A stretch of DNA of 47,511 nt. Origin: a virus (lineage: Duplodnaviria; Heunggongvirae; Uroviricota; Caudoviricetes). This document shows, piece after piece, positions 19,699 to 30,002 of this stretch (the stretch's first letter is position 1; each line of letters begins with the position of its first letter). The position numbers were made by a program, and so were the translations under genes. The notes under the pieces are model-generated. The model worked only from the letters and a program-made list of their open reading frames with translations, was not told the origin of the DNA and did no database searches. The stretch lies in the IMG/VR virus record IMGVR_UViG_2541047920_000001, one strand, 5' to 3'.

Positions 19699-20109
19699 TT
19701 AGCGTGGTAAGATCTGTGTAGTTTTCTGGATGCTTTCAGTAAATAGTAATGAGTTATCAAAGGCATAGTAATATCTTTGGTGTTCCTGGATATTTGTAAC
19801 CCATCGGAAAACTCCTGCTTTAGCAAGATTTTCCCTGTATTGTTGAAATGTGATTTCTTTTGATTTCAACTTATTATAGGAGGTCTCTATAAGATGTTTG
19901 TTTCTGGAGAATTTAACATTTACAACCTTTTTGAGTCCTTTTACTAACACTATGTTGTCGTTTTCTAACACAATGTGAATATTATCTGTGGCTAAATAGT
20001 AAATATAAAGTGAGACATTGTGACGTTTTAGCTCAGAATAAAATAATTCACAGTTTAAATCTTTACGCACTTGATCGAATATTTCTTTAAAAATGGCAGC
20101 CTGAGCCAT
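19699..20109 (-). CDS. ydfO: YdfO-like protein (DUF1398)
   Basis: 136 aa from [19 protein letters not shown]…. Confidence 0.65.
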   Translation of the reverse strand: MAQAAIFKEIFDQVRKDLNCELFYSELKRHNVSLYIYYLATDNIHIVLENDNIVLVKGLKKVVNVKFSRNKHLIETSYNKLKSKEITFQQYRENLAKAGVFRWVTNIQEHQRYYYAFDNSLLFTESIQKTTQILPR

Positions 20110-20409
20110 TGGTAAACCTTCCATGTGATACGATGGCGCGTAGTTTGCATTATCGTGTTTATTGTTTCAATCTGGTCTGACCTCTTTGTGTTTTGTTGAT
20201 GATTTATGTCAAATATTAAGCCTGTTTTTAATGAATAGTGTTGATTGCGTAACAAAATTGAGCCTTGCTGGCATCCAGGAGGGATATGCAACCGACAGAT
20301 GTATGTAAGGTCGATGTACTCAAACTTTCATACTTTTCCTCTTTTATGCAGTAAGATTTGAAGTAATATTTTAACCGCTAGATGACGAGCAAACGCATGG
20401 AGCGACAAA

Positions 20410-20616
20410 ATGAATAAAGAACAATCTGCTGATGAACTCTCGTTGGATCTGATTCGTGTAAAAAATATGCTTAATAGCACCATTTCTATGAGTTACCCGG
20501 ATGTTGTAATTGCATGTATAGAACATCAGGTGTCTCTGGAAGCATTCAGGGCAATTGAGGCAGCGTTGGTGAAGCACGATAAGAATTCGAAGGATTATTC
20601 CCTGGTGGTTGACTGA
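20410..20616 (+). CDS. Hypothetical small protein
   Basis: 68-aa ORF with GGAG RBS upstream of the cos region. Confidence 0.4.
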   Translation: MNKEQSADELSLDLIRVKNMLNSTISMSYPDVVIACIEHQVSLEAFRAIEAALVKHDKNSKDYSLVVD

Positions 20617-20939
20617 GCACCATAACTGCTAATCATTCAAACTATTTCACCTGTGACAGAGTCAATATCGCATTCTGTCACTGTCAGGTTAATACAGAGC
20701 TGCAATTCAACTACTGCAATGTCCTCGTAATTAGGTGAATTTACAATATCGTCCTGTTCGGATGCCGGCTGCATTGCTGAAGATGAGGCATTTATGGTTC
20801 GCATATTTTCCCCTCATGCTCGTCAGTCCTGTGCGTAGGAAGAAACAGGACACTCACACTAATTTGTGTGGGCATGCTGTGATGTCCTTCTGAATTATTC
20901 CTATGCCATTATGTAAAGCGCTGTATCAGATGCTCGTCA

Positions 20940-21176
20940 CGGCTGTCAGGCTGTCAGGCTGTCGGGTCCTCCCGGTGGGGGCCCCTGTCACGGGGCGGGA
21001 GCGTCGCGGAAAAAGGCTAGTTTTTGCATTTCCATGGCGGCGGCAGCATGTTTGGTAATTTATTGATAATTAAAAGTTATTTCTCTTTTCACCTGTACAA
21101 TATTTTTTTCTTCCTGTCATTAGACCAGTTTGCAATTAATTGAAATATATAAATAAACCTGATTTTCACCTGCCAG
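20940..21176 (+). other. Putative cos region (cosQ-cosN-cosB) upstream of the terminase small-subunit gene
   Basis: GC-rich segment …CACGGGGCGGGAGCGTCGCGG… (about 20988-21009) resembles lambda cosN (GGGCGGCGACCTCGCGGG) as I recall it; tandem CTGTCAGG/CTGTCGGG repeats at 20942-20966; AT-rich tract before Nu1-like gene. Confidence 0.45.
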
Positions 21177-21188
21177 ATGGAGTTGCTT

Positions 21189-21716
21189 ATGTCAAATGTG
21201 AGCGGGATCGGTGATGCTTATTACTGGAGTGTTTTTAAAATCGCCGAGGCCTTTGGGCTTCACCGGGACACAGTAAAAAAACGGCTCCTCGCGGCCAACA
21301 CTCCTGTGGCTGCGACTGTCAGGGGGAACCCCGTTTACGCCCTGCAGCATGTCGGGCCCGCCCTGTTTAGTGTGAAGCATGAGGCAGCAGACTCTGTTCA
21401 TGATCCATCCCGTATGGAGCCGAAAGAGAGAAAGGACTGGTACCAGTCTGAAAATGAAAGGATCAAGCTGGAAAAGGAGCAGCGAAAACTCATCCCAGTT
21501 GATGAAGTAGTCATCGTCTATTCGTCCATGAGAAAGGCTGTCGTCCAGGTTCTGGAGACAATTCCGGATGTTCTTGAACGCGATTGCGCTCTGACTCCTC
21601 AGGCCGTCGGCGTTGTACAGCAGGCCATTGATGACCTGCGATACACTCTTCAGGAAAAATCCTACGAGGCTTGTGCTGCTGAATTAATTCCTGATGAGGA
21701 AGGAGAGAGTCTCTAG
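21189..21716 (+). CDS. Terminase small subunit (Nu1-like)
   Basis: About 175 aa; immediately upstream of and coupled to the large terminase gene; start chosen at ATG with GGAG RBS. Confidence 0.7.
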   Translation: MSNVSGIGDAYYWSVFKIAEAFGLHRDTVKKRLLAANTPVAATVRGNPVYALQHVGPALFSVKHEAADSVHDPSRMEPKERKDWYQSENERIKLEKEQRKLIPVDEVVIVYSSMRKAVVQVLETIPDVLERDCALTPQAVGVVQQAIDDLRYTLQEKSYEACAAELIPDEEGESL

Positions 21717-21724
21717 GAGGAATA

Positions 21725-23824
21725 ATGGGTTTTTCATCAGCCCGAAATTTGGGAAGGGACATATCGGCAGGATTTTCCCCACCACGTCGCATGCCGATTT
21801 CGGAGGCTGTTAAAAAATTCATGCGTGTTCCCAAGGGGGCTGGTAACTCGGTGCCATGGGATCCTGAACTGACACCCTACATCATTGAGCCCATGAACTG
21901 CCTGGCATCGCGTGAATACGATGCGGTGATTTTTGTTGGTCCTGCGCGAACAGGGAAGACCATTGGTCTGATCGATGGATGGATTGTCTATACCATCGTT
22001 TGCGATCCTTCGGACATGCTCGTTGTGCAGATGACCGAAGATAAGGCCCGCGAGCATTCTAAAAAGCGCCTCGACAGAACGTTCAGAAGCAGTGCGGCGG
22101 TAAAGAAAAGAATGAGTCCACGTCGTAACGACAATAATGTCCATGATAAGACGTTCAGGGATGGCTCGTTCCTTAAAATTGGTTGGCCCTCGGTCAACAT
22201 TATGTCGTCGTCGGATTACCGGTTTGTCGCCTTAACCGATTACGACCGTTTTCCGGAGAATATCGACAGCGAGGGTGATGGTTTCTCCCTGGCCTCAAAA
22301 CGTACCACCACATTTATGTCCGCCGGGATGACTCTGGTGGAGAGCTCGCCGGGACGTGACATCTGCGACAGTAAATGGCGACGTAAGTCGCCTCATGAAG
22401 CGCCACCGACGACTGGTATTCTTTCCCTTTACAATCGTGGTGACCGCCGCCGCTGGTACTGGCCATGTCCGCACTGCGGTGAATATTTTCAGCCAGCTAT
22501 GGATGCCATGACCGGCTACCGTAATGAACCGGATCCCTTTAAAGCCAGTGAGGCGGCGTATCTACTTTGCCCGCACTGCAGCGGCATTATCACTGCGGAG
22601 AAAAAGCGTGAGCTCAATAGTGCAGGAGTCTGGTTGCGTGAAGGTCAGGTCATTGATCGTAACGGCAACGTTTCCGGTGAACCGCGCCGCTCCCGTATCG
22701 CCAGTTTCTGGATGGAAGGGCCAGCTGCTGCGTATCAGACCTGGGCGCAACTGGTTTACAAATTACTGACTGCAGAACAGGAGTATGAAGCGACAGGAAG
22801 CGAAGAAACACTCAGGGCGGTTATCAACACCGACTGGGGATTGCCTTATCTTCCTCGTGCCAGCATGGAGCAACGAAAAAGTGAACTGCTTGAGCAGCGG
22901 GCAGAGCCAGTTCCTTCCTGCAGTGTGCCGGATGGCGTTAATTTCCTTGTGGCGACAGTGGATGTGCAGGCGGGACGTCATCGCCGTTTTGTGGTTCAGG
23001 TAACGGGCTATGGCAGTCGTGGCGAACGCTGGATTATTGATCGTTACAATATCACGCAGTCATTGCGCAGTGACTGCGACGGGGAGAGCCAGCGAATTGA
23101 TCCGGCCAGCTATCCGGAAGACTGGGATGTCCTGCTGACGGATGTTTTTCATAAAAGCTGGCCGCTGGCCTCCGATCCTTCTCAACAAATGCGACTGATG
23201 GCAATGGCGGTGGACTCCGGCGGTGAAGACGGGGTCACTGATAATGCCTATAAATTCTGGCGTCGTTGCCGTCGTGATGGCCTTGGTAAACGTATTTACC
23301 TGTTTAAGGGCGACAGCATCCGGCGCGCAAAACTGATCACCCGTACATTCCCTGATAACACCGGACGAACGGGCCGACGGGCGCAGGCCGCAGGTGATGT
23401 GCCGCTCTGGCTTCTTCAGACGGATGCACTGAAAGACCGGGTGAATAACGCGTTATGGCGTGACTCGCCAGGTCCCGGCTATGTGCATTTCCCTGACTGG
23501 CTGGGGAGCTGGTTTTACGACGAACTGACGTATGAAGAGCGGAGCAGTGACGGGAAATGGAGTAAGCCGGGTCGCGGTGCCAACGAAGCTTTTGACCTGA
23601 TGGTGTATGCCGAGGCTCTGGTCATTCTGCATGGATACGAAAAGATCCGCTGGCCGGATGCACCGGAGTGGGCGAGCCGGGAAACCTGGCTGGAGTGTGT
23701 CCCGGACAGTACCGAACCGTCACCCTCACCGGAACCGGTATCCACGCCTGTTAAAAAACAAAAACGGAAGAAAACAGTAACTGACGATGTTAACCCCTGG
23801 CTGACTTCCGGAGGATGGTTATGA
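21725..23824 (+). CDS. Terminase large subunit (lambda gpA-like)
   Basis: 699 aa; Walker A-like …VGPARTGKT…; CPHCG zinc motifs; position between Nu1-like and W/portal genes. Confidence 0.85.
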   Translation: MGFSSARNLGRDISAGFSPPRRMPISEAVKKFMRVPKGAGNSVPWDPELTPYIIEPMNCLASREYDAVIFVGPARTGKTIGLIDGWIVYTIVCDPSDMLVVQMTEDKAREHSKKRLDRTFRSSAAVKKRMSPRRNDNNVHDKTFRDGSFLKIGWPSVNIMSSSDYRFVALTDYDRFPENIDSEGDGFSLASKRTTTFMSAGMTLVESSPGRDICDSKWRRKSPHEAPPTTGILSLYNRGDRRRWYWPCPHCGEYFQPAMDAMTGYRNEPDPFKASEAAYLLCPHCSGIITAEKKRELNSAGVWLREGQVIDRNGNVSGEPRRSRIASFWMEGPAAAYQTWAQLVYKLLTAEQEYEATGSEETLRAVINTDWGLPYLPRASMEQRKSELLEQRAEPVPSCSVPDGVNFLVATVDVQAGRHRRFVVQVTGYGSRGERWIIDRYNITQSLRSDCDGESQRIDPASYPEDWDVLLTDVFHKSWPLASDPSQQMRLMAMAVDSGGEDGVTDNAYKFWRRCRRDGLGKRIYLFKGDSIRRAKLITRTFPDNTGRTGRRAQAAGDVPLWLLQTDALKDRVNNALWRDSPGPGYVHFPDWLGSWFYDELTYEERSSDGKWSKPGRGANEAFDLMVYAEALVILHGYEKIRWPDAPEWASRETWLECVPDSTEPSPSPEPVSTPVKKQKRKKTVTDDVNPWLTSGGWL

Positions 23825-24033
23825 ACCAGAATGATATCGAAGCCATGATTCAGCGTTATACGGAAGCTGAAATGGCGGTGCTGGACGGAAAATCCGTCAC
23901 CTTTAATGGTCAGCAGATGACCATGGAAAACTTATCTGAGATCCGGCAGGGACGGCAGGAGTGGGAGCGCCGCCTTGCGGCTCTGATTACACGACGACGG
24001 GGGCATCCCGGGTACCGGCTGGCGAGGTTCTGA
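23821..24033 (+). CDS. Head-tail joining protein (lambda gpW-like)
   Basis: About 70 aa ending …RRRGHPGYRLARF, similar in length and C-terminus to gpW; stop overlaps the portal start (TGATG). Confidence 0.65.
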   Translation: MNQNDIEAMIQRYTEAEMAVLDGKSVTFNGQQMTMENLSEIRQGRQEWERRLAALITRRRGHPGYRLARF

Positions 24034-25541
24034 TGGCAATTCTTGATGATGTGATTGGCGTTTTTTCACCAGGATGGAAAGCGGCAAGGCTGCGTTCCCG
24101 GGCGGTGATCCAGGCTTATGAGGCCGTAAAAACGACGCGGACACACAAAGCCCGGCGGGAAAACCGAACTGCCGACCAGTTAAGCCTCTACGGGGCCGTG
24201 TCGTTACGTGAGCAGGCCCGTTACCTTGATAACAACCACGATCTGGTCATTGGTGTATTTGACAAGCTGGAAGAACGGGTGGTGGGGAAAAACGGGATTA
24301 TTGTCGAGCCACATCCGGTATTACGCAATGGGGCCATTGCCCGTGATCTGGCAGCGGAGATACGCACCCGATGGAGTGAATGGTCTGTCAGTCCGGAAGT
24401 TACCGGGCAGTTTACCCGTCCGATGCTGGAACGTCTGATGCTGCGTACCTGGCTGCGCGATGGTGAGGTGTTTGCCCAGATGGTTTCCGGGCGCATAAAC
24501 AGCCTGACGCCTTCTGCCGGTGTTCATTTCTGGCTGGAGGCACTCGAGCCAGACTTTATTCCCATGACCAGTGATGAGAGCAACAGGCTGAATCAGGGCG
24601 TGTTTGTTGATGACTGGGGGCGTCCCGAAAAATATCTGGTGTATAAAAGTCGTCCTGTATCCGGACGGCAGATGGAAACCAAAGAAGTGGATGCAGAGCG
24701 AATGCTGCATCTTAAATTTGTTCGCCGTCTGCACCAGATGCGCGGGACGTCTTTATTGTCCGGTGTGCTGATCCGCCTCAGTGCCCTGAAAGAATATGAA
24801 GATTCTGAGCTGACTGCAGCAAGGATCGCTGCTGCTCTGGGGATGTACATCCGCAAAGGCGACGGACAGAGCTATGAAACGGATGGTAATGACAGCAAGG
24901 AGAATGAACGCGAGCTTACCATTCAGCCAGGCATTATTTACGACGATCTGAAACCCGGCGAAGAAATCGGAATGGTGAAGTCGGATCGCCCCAATCCTAA
25001 CCTTGAAACTTTTCGTAATGGTCAGTTGCGTGCCGTGGCGGCGGGCAGTCGTCTGAGTTTTTCCAGTACAGCGCGCAACTATAACGGCACTTACAGCGCC
25101 CAGCGTCAGGAGCTGGTTGAATCCACTGATGGCTACCTGATCCTGCAGGACTGGTTTATTGGTGCCGTCACCCGCCCGATGTATCGTGCCTGGCTGAAAC
25201 AGGCTGTGGCATCCGGTGTTATCAGGCTACCCCGCGATCTTGACCGTTCTTCACTGTATACCGCGGTGTATTCCGGACCGGTGATGCCGTGGATTGACCC
25301 TGTTAAGGAGGCTGAGGCCTGGAAAATTCAGATTCGTGGTGGAGCGGCGACAGAATCAGACTGGGTACGTGCAGGTGGTCGTAATCCGGATGATGTCAAA
25401 CGTCGGCGCAAGGCAGAAATTGATGAAAACCGCAAGCTGGATCTGGTATTTGATACCGATCCGGCCAGTGATAAAGGAGGCAGCAGTGCCGCAACGAAAC
25501 GACAGGAGCCGCAGCACACCGACGACCAGTCCGAAGAATAA
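24033..25541 (+). CDS. Portal protein (lambda gpB-like)
   Basis: 502 aa from MAILDD…; acidic C-terminus; gene order W-B-C as in lambda. Confidence 0.8.
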   Translation: MAILDDVIGVFSPGWKAARLRSRAVIQAYEAVKTTRTHKARRENRTADQLSLYGAVSLREQARYLDNNHDLVIGVFDKLEERVVGKNGIIVEPHPVLRNGAIARDLAAEIRTRWSEWSVSPEVTGQFTRPMLERLMLRTWLRDGEVFAQMVSGRINSLTPSAGVHFWLEALEPDFIPMTSDESNRLNQGVFVDDWGRPEKYLVYKSRPVSGRQMETKEVDAERMLHLKFVRRLHQMRGTSLLSGVLIRLSALKEYEDSELTAARIAAALGMYIRKGDGQSYETDGNDSKENERELTIQPGIIYDDLKPGEEIGMVKSDRPNPNLETFRNGQLRAVAAGSRLSFSSTARNYNGTYSAQRQELVESTDGYLILQDWFIGAVTRPMYRAWLKQAVASGVIRLPRDLDRSSLYTAVYSGPVMPWIDPVKEAEAWKIQIRGGAATESDWVRAGGRNPDDVKRRRKAEIDENRKLDLVFDTDPASDKGGSSAATKRQEPQHTDDQSEE

Positions 25542-25554
25542 TTCCTGGTTCAGG

Positions 25555-27513
25555 ATGCAGGCTGGTCACCAGAGTGACGCGGATATTTATATTTATGACG
25601 AGATTGGTTTCTGGGGTGTTACAGCGAAGCAGTTTATCAGTGATCTGAATGCACTGGGCGATATCACCCACATTAATCTCCATATCAATTCACCGGGTGG
25701 CGATGTCTTTGAAGGCATCGCCATTTTTAATGCGCTGAAAACACATGGTGCGTCCATTACCGTTTATGTCGACGGTGTGGCGGCGTCAATGGCGTCGGTC
25801 ATTGCGATGGTGGGAAACCCGGTCATTATGCCGGAAAACACCTTCATGATGATTCATAAACCATTTGGCTTTACGGGCGGTGATGCGGAGGACATGCGCA
25901 CCTATGCCGACCTGCTCGATAAGGTTGAGGCGGTTCTGTTACCCGCTTATGCACAGAAAACCGGGAAAACCACCGATGAAATTGCTGCCATGCTGGCGGA
26001 TGAGACCTGGATGTCCGGTGCCGAATGTCTGGCACATGGATTTGCTGATCAGGTGACGCCAGCCGTTAAGGCAATGGCATGTATTCAGTCAAAACGTACA
26101 GAGGAATTTAAAAAGATGCCGGAATCCATTCGAAACATGATTACTCCGCCACGCAACAGTGCTCCACGCGTACAGGATGATGAACCTGCAGCCTCCCGGA
26201 CGCCAGTGCAGGCAGCAGCACCCGTGGTGGATGAAAACAGTATCCGTGCGCAGGTACTGGCAGAGCAAAAAGCGCGTGTAAACGGTATTAATGATCTGTT
26301 TGCCATGTTTGGCGGGCGTTATCAGACGCTGCAGGCTCAGTGTCTTGCCGATCCTGAGTGTTCGCTGGAGCAGGCCCGCGAAAAGCTGTTGAACGAGATG
26401 GGGCGCGAGTCCACGCCATCCAATAAAAATACACCGGCTCATATTTATGCCGGTAACGGTAATTTTGTGGGGGACGGGATCCGCCAGGCGCTGATGGCGC
26501 GTGCCGGATTTGAAAAAACCGAACGTGATAATGTCTACAACGGGATGACCCTGCGTGAATATGCCCGTATGTCACTGACTGAACGGGGTATTGGGGTTTC
26601 CGGTTATAACCCGATGCAGATGGTCGGTGCGGCGTTCACCCACAGTACGTCTGACTTCGGTAATATTCTGCTGGATGTTGCGAACAAAGCCATTCTGCAG
26701 GGCTGGGAAGATGCTCCTGAAACCTATGAACAATGGACGCGGAAAGGTCAGTTGTCTGATTTTAAAATTGCCCATCGTGTGGGTATGGGGGGCTTCAGTG
26801 CTCTGCGTCAGGTGCGTGAAGGGGCGGAATATAAATACGTCACCACCGGAGATAAACAGGCCACTATTGCACTGGCGACCTATGGCGAGCTGTTCAGTAT
26901 CACCCGTCAGGCCATTATCAATGATGATCTGAATATGCTGACCGATGTCCCGATGAAACTGGGCCGTGCGGCGAAATCCACTATTGCCGATCTGGTTTAT
27001 GCCATTCTGACGTCTAACCCGAAAATCTCCACAGATAATGTAAGTCTGTTCGATAAAGCGAAACATGCAAACGTACTGGAGAGCGCTGCAATGGACGTGG
27101 CATCGCTGGATAAAGCCCGCCAGTTGATGCGCGTTCAGAAAGAGGGGGAGCGTCATCTGAATATTCGTCCTGCGTTCGTACTGGTACCGACGGCGATGGA
27201 GTCTGTTGCTAACCAGGTCATTCGCTCCTCAAGTGTCAAGGGGGCTGACATTAACGCCGGTATTATTAACCCGGTGAAAGATTTTGCGACCGTTATTGCA
27301 GAGCCTCGTCTTGATGATAACAGCCAGACCACCTTCTACCTGGCTGCGTCAAAAGGCTCCGATACGATTGAAGTGGCTTATCTCAACGGTGTGGATACGC
27401 CATATATTGATCAGATGGAGGGCTTCAGTGTGGATGGCGTGACAACGAAAGTGCGTATTGACGCCGGTGTCGCGCCAGTTGATCACCGCGGTCTGGTGAA
27501 ATGTACGGCGTAA
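25555..27513 (+). CDS. Prohead protease (ClpP/S49-like) - scaffold - major capsid protein, single ORF
   Basis: 652 aa from MQAGHQ; N-terminal ClpP-like domain (…NSPGGDV…MAASMASVIAM…), Ala/Gln-rich middle, C-terminal capsid-like domain. Confidence 0.75.
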   Translation: MQAGHQSDADIYIYDEIGFWGVTAKQFISDLNALGDITHINLHINSPGGDVFEGIAIFNALKTHGASITVYVDGVAASMASVIAMVGNPVIMPENTFMMIHKPFGFTGGDAEDMRTYADLLDKVEAVLLPAYAQKTGKTTDEIAAMLADETWMSGAECLAHGFADQVTPAVKAMACIQSKRTEEFKKMPESIRNMITPPRNSAPRVQDDEPAASRTPVQAAAPVVDENSIRAQVLAEQKARVNGINDLFAMFGGRYQTLQAQCLADPECSLEQAREKLLNEMGRESTPSNKNTPAHIYAGNGNFVGDGIRQALMARAGFEKTERDNVYNGMTLREYARMSLTERGIGVSGYNPMQMVGAAFTHSTSDFGNILLDVANKAILQGWEDAPETYEQWTRKGQLSDFKIAHRVGMGGFSALRQVREGAEYKYVTTGDKQATIALATYGELFSITRQAIINDDLNMLTDVPMKLGRAAKSTIADLVYAILTSNPKISTDNVSLFDKAKHANVLESAAMDVASLDKARQLMRVQKEGERHLNIRPAFVLVPTAMESVANQVIRSSSVKGADINAGIINPVKDFATVIAEPRLDDNSQTTFYLAASKGSDTIEVAYLNGVDTPYIDQMEGFSVDGVTTKVRIDAGVAPVDHRGLVKCTA

Positions 27514-27599
27514 ACGTCGCAGACAACAACTCTGATGGCCCGTAAGGGCTTTTTTTGTACCTGAAATCAGCCCCTGAACGGGGCTGTGCGGAGACAGTT

Positions 27600-27923
27600 A
27601 TGGCAAAGAATTTTGTAGAAGAAGGAAAAACGGTGGCGATTGTTGCCAGTGCAGCCATCAGCAGCGGAGAGCTGGTGCAGGTGGGTGATGTTTTTGCGGT
27701 GGCGCTGACCGATATTCCACAGGGTGAAACAGGCGACGGCATGACCGAAGGTGTGTTTATGCTGCCTAAGCTGAAAACGGATGACATGAAAACGGGTAAG
27801 AAGGTTTATCTGAAGTCCGGAAAAGTTCAGCTGACTAACAGCGGCTCTGATCCGCTGGTCGGGGTTGTCTGGGCAGATGCCGGAACCAGTGCAGAAGAAG
27901 TGCCGGTAAAACTCAATGTCTGA
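27600..27923 (+). CDS. Putative head-associated protein (FI-position / decoration-like)
   Basis: 107 aa from MAKNF (GGAG RBS), between the capsid and an FII-like gene. Confidence 0.45.
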   Translation: MAKNFVEEGKTVAIVASAAISSGELVQVGDVFAVALTDIPQGETGDGMTEGVFMLPKLKTDDMKTGKKVYLKSGKVQLTNSGSDPLVGVVWADAGTSAEEVPVKLNV

Positions 27924-28191
27924 TCCCTTTTCCCGGCTGGCAGCGCGTATGGATGCGATCACGGTCAGAAAGATGGGAAAGACAGCCTCGATTAATGATG
28001 TCGATATGACTGTGATCCCGGGAGAAACACTGGCAGAGCTGAATGCTCTGTCCGGACCTGCGGTCTCTCTGGTGGTGTTTTCTTCGGGATACCGCCCACG
28101 GCGCGGGGATCGCGTTGTTTATGACGGACAACAATGGACGGTCACACGGCATGAACGCTTTAACGGTAAGCCAATGATCTTTATTGAGTAA
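27916..28191 (+). CDS. Head-tail joining protein (lambda gpFII-like)
   Basis: 91 aa; …RRGDRVVYDGQQWTV… resembles gpFII …RRGDTLTIGEENFWV…; located before Z- and U-like genes. Confidence 0.6.
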   Translation: MSDPFSRLAARMDAITVRKMGKTASINDVDMTVIPGETLAELNALSGPAVSLVVFSSGYRPRRGDRVVYDGQQWTVTRHERFNGKPMIFIE

Positions 28192-28202
28192 GGAGGTGTG
28201 GG

Positions 28203-28793
28203 ATGAAGGGGCTTGAGAATGCCATCCGCAATCTGAACAGCCTTGATACCCGTATGATGCCACAGGCCAGCGCATGGGCGATAAACCGTGTGGCACAGAA
28301 AGCGGTCTCGGTTGCCACCCGGCAGGTTGCCGGGAATACCGTTGCGGGAGATAACCAGGTGAAAGGGATCCCCCTGAAACTGGTACGTCAGCGTGTCCGG
28401 GTGTTTAAAGCCAGTCCGTCAGGAAAAATGACGGCCAGGATCCGCGTTAACCGGGGCAATCTGCCCGCCATCAAACTGAACACAACACGGCGGCGTGCTG
28501 GTGAAGGACTGAGAGTGGGAAAATACTTTTTCCGGGGGGCATTTGTTCAGCAACTGGCGAATGGCCGCTGGCATGTTCTGAGGCGTCTTCCTGAAGCGCG
28601 TTTTGCAACAGGGCATGACCATCAGGGCAGGCCAAGAAAAAATCGTCTTCCTGTGGAGGTAGTGAAAATCCCGCTGTCCGGACCGCTGACACAGGCATTT
28701 GAAGATGCCCGCGACCACATCATTGCTGCGGAAATGCCGAAACAGCTGGGGTATGCACTGAAACAACAACTGAGGTTATGGCTGACCCGATGA
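28203..28793 (+). CDS. Tail completion protein (lambda gpZ-like)
   Basis: 196 aa; strong similarity to gpZ as recalled (MxKGLE…AINRVA…, …QQLxNGRWHV…VVKIP…LGYAL). Confidence 0.8.
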   Translation: MKGLENAIRNLNSLDTRMMPQASAWAINRVAQKAVSVATRQVAGNTVAGDNQVKGIPLKLVRQRVRVFKASPSGKMTARIRVNRGNLPAIKLNTTRRRAGEGLRVGKYFFRGAFVQQLANGRWHVLRRLPEARFATGHDHQGRPRKNRLPVEVVKIPLSGPLTQAFEDARDHIIAAEMPKQLGYALKQQLRLWLTR

Positions 28794-29191
28794 ACCGACA
28801 TACACAAATCCGCCAGGTCGTACTGGCACGCCTTCGGGAACAGTGTGGAGACAGCGCCACGTTTTTTGACGGGCTTCCGGCATTTATTGATGCGCAGGAA
28901 CTGCCTGCCGTGGCGGTGTGGCTGAGTGATGCTCAGTACACCGGAAAAATGACGGATGAAGATGACTGGCAGGCTGTTCTGCATATTGCCGTCTTCATCC
29001 GGGCACAGGCACCGGATTCAGAGCTGGATATGTGGATGGAGAGCACCATTTTCCCGGCCCTGAATGATGTACCGGCACTTTCCGGACTCATCGACACCCT
29101 GAACCCACTCGGTTTTAACTATCAACGTGATAATGAGATGGCCACCTGGGCGATGGCGGAAATCACGTACCAGATCACGTACACGAATTAA
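28778..29191 (+). CDS. Tail terminator protein (lambda gpU-like)
   Basis: 137 aa; …ATFFDG…PAVAVWL…YTG…W…HI…F…AQ.PDSELD.WMES.I.P…PALS.LI… matches gpU. Confidence 0.8.
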   Translation: MADPMNRHTQIRQVVLARLREQCGDSATFFDGLPAFIDAQELPAVAVWLSDAQYTGKMTDEDDWQAVLHIAVFIRAQAPDSELDMWMESTIFPALNDVPALSGLIDTLNPLGFNYQRDNEMATWAMAEITYQITYTN

Positions 29192-29201
29192 GGAGGTGGT
29201 A

Positions 29202-29945
29202 ATGACCACACCAAATCCACTGGCAAAGACGAAAGGTGCGGGGACGACGTTCTGGATGTATACCGGCAACGGCGATGCGTTTGCGAACCCTTTGTCGGAC
29301 ACTGACTGGCTGCGTCTTGCGATGGTGAAGGATCTGCAACCTGGCGAAATGACCGCTGATGCAGAAGATGACACTTATCTCGATGATGAAGATGCAGACT
29401 GGAAAACGACAACCCAGGGGCAGAAATCCGTTGGTGATACTTCGGCGACGCTGGCCTGGCGTCCGGGTGACAGCGGGCAGAAAAAACTGGTTCAGTTGTT
29501 CGACTCCGGTGAAGTCTGCGCGTTTCGTATCAAATATCCCAACGGCACTGTTGATGTTTTCCGTGGCTGGCTGAGCTCACTGGGTAAAACCATTGCCTCA
29601 AAAGACGTGATGACCCGCACTGTGAAAATCAGCGGTGTGGGGCGTCCGTATCTGGCAGAGGAAGGCACTGAAACCGTGAGCGTTACCGGGCTGACAGTAT
29701 CACCGGCGTCTGCCAGTGTAAAAGTGGGAGCAACCACCACGCTGACCTTTACAGTAAAACCTGACGGAGCCAGTGACAAAGCGATCAGGGTGCATTCGTC
29801 AGATCCACAGACTGCCACGGTTACCCTGAACGGACTTGTGGCCACGGTAAAAGGCGTGAAGCAGGGCAGTGTCAGCATTGTGGGCATGACCGCTGACGGG
29901 AATTTTGTGGCTGTGACTGCGGTGACTGTCAGCGCCGCAGGTTAA
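29202..29945 (+). CDS. Major tail protein (lambda gpV-like) with C-terminal Ig-like domain
   Basis: 247 aa from MTTPNP (AGGAGG RBS); C-terminal Thr/Val-rich Ig-like segment. Confidence 0.8.
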   Translation: MTTPNPLAKTKGAGTTFWMYTGNGDAFANPLSDTDWLRLAMVKDLQPGEMTADAEDDTYLDDEDADWKTTTQGQKSVGDTSATLAWRPGDSGQKKLVQLFDSGEVCAFRIKYPNGTVDVFRGWLSSLGKTIASKDVMTRTVKISGVGRPYLAEEGTETVSVTGLTVSPASASVKVGATTTLTFTVKPDGASDKAIRVHSSDPQTATVTLNGLVATVKGVKQGSVSIVGMTADGNFVAVTAVTVSAAG

Positions 29946-29965
29946 CAGGACGATACTCATCATTT

Positions 29966-29989
29966 GCCCCGGTTATGCGGGGCTTTTTT
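29966..29989 (+). terminator. Hairpin plus T-tract between V and G (attenuator-like)
   Basis: GCCCCG-GTTAT-GCGGGGC followed by TTTTTT. Confidence 0.5.
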
Positions 29990-30002
29990 GCAGGTGGAGA
30001 AC

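Noticed and set aside
26572-27156. 194-aa minus-strand ORF inside the capsid region
   Set aside because: Antisense to the protease-capsid ORF, which has clear protein-like features.
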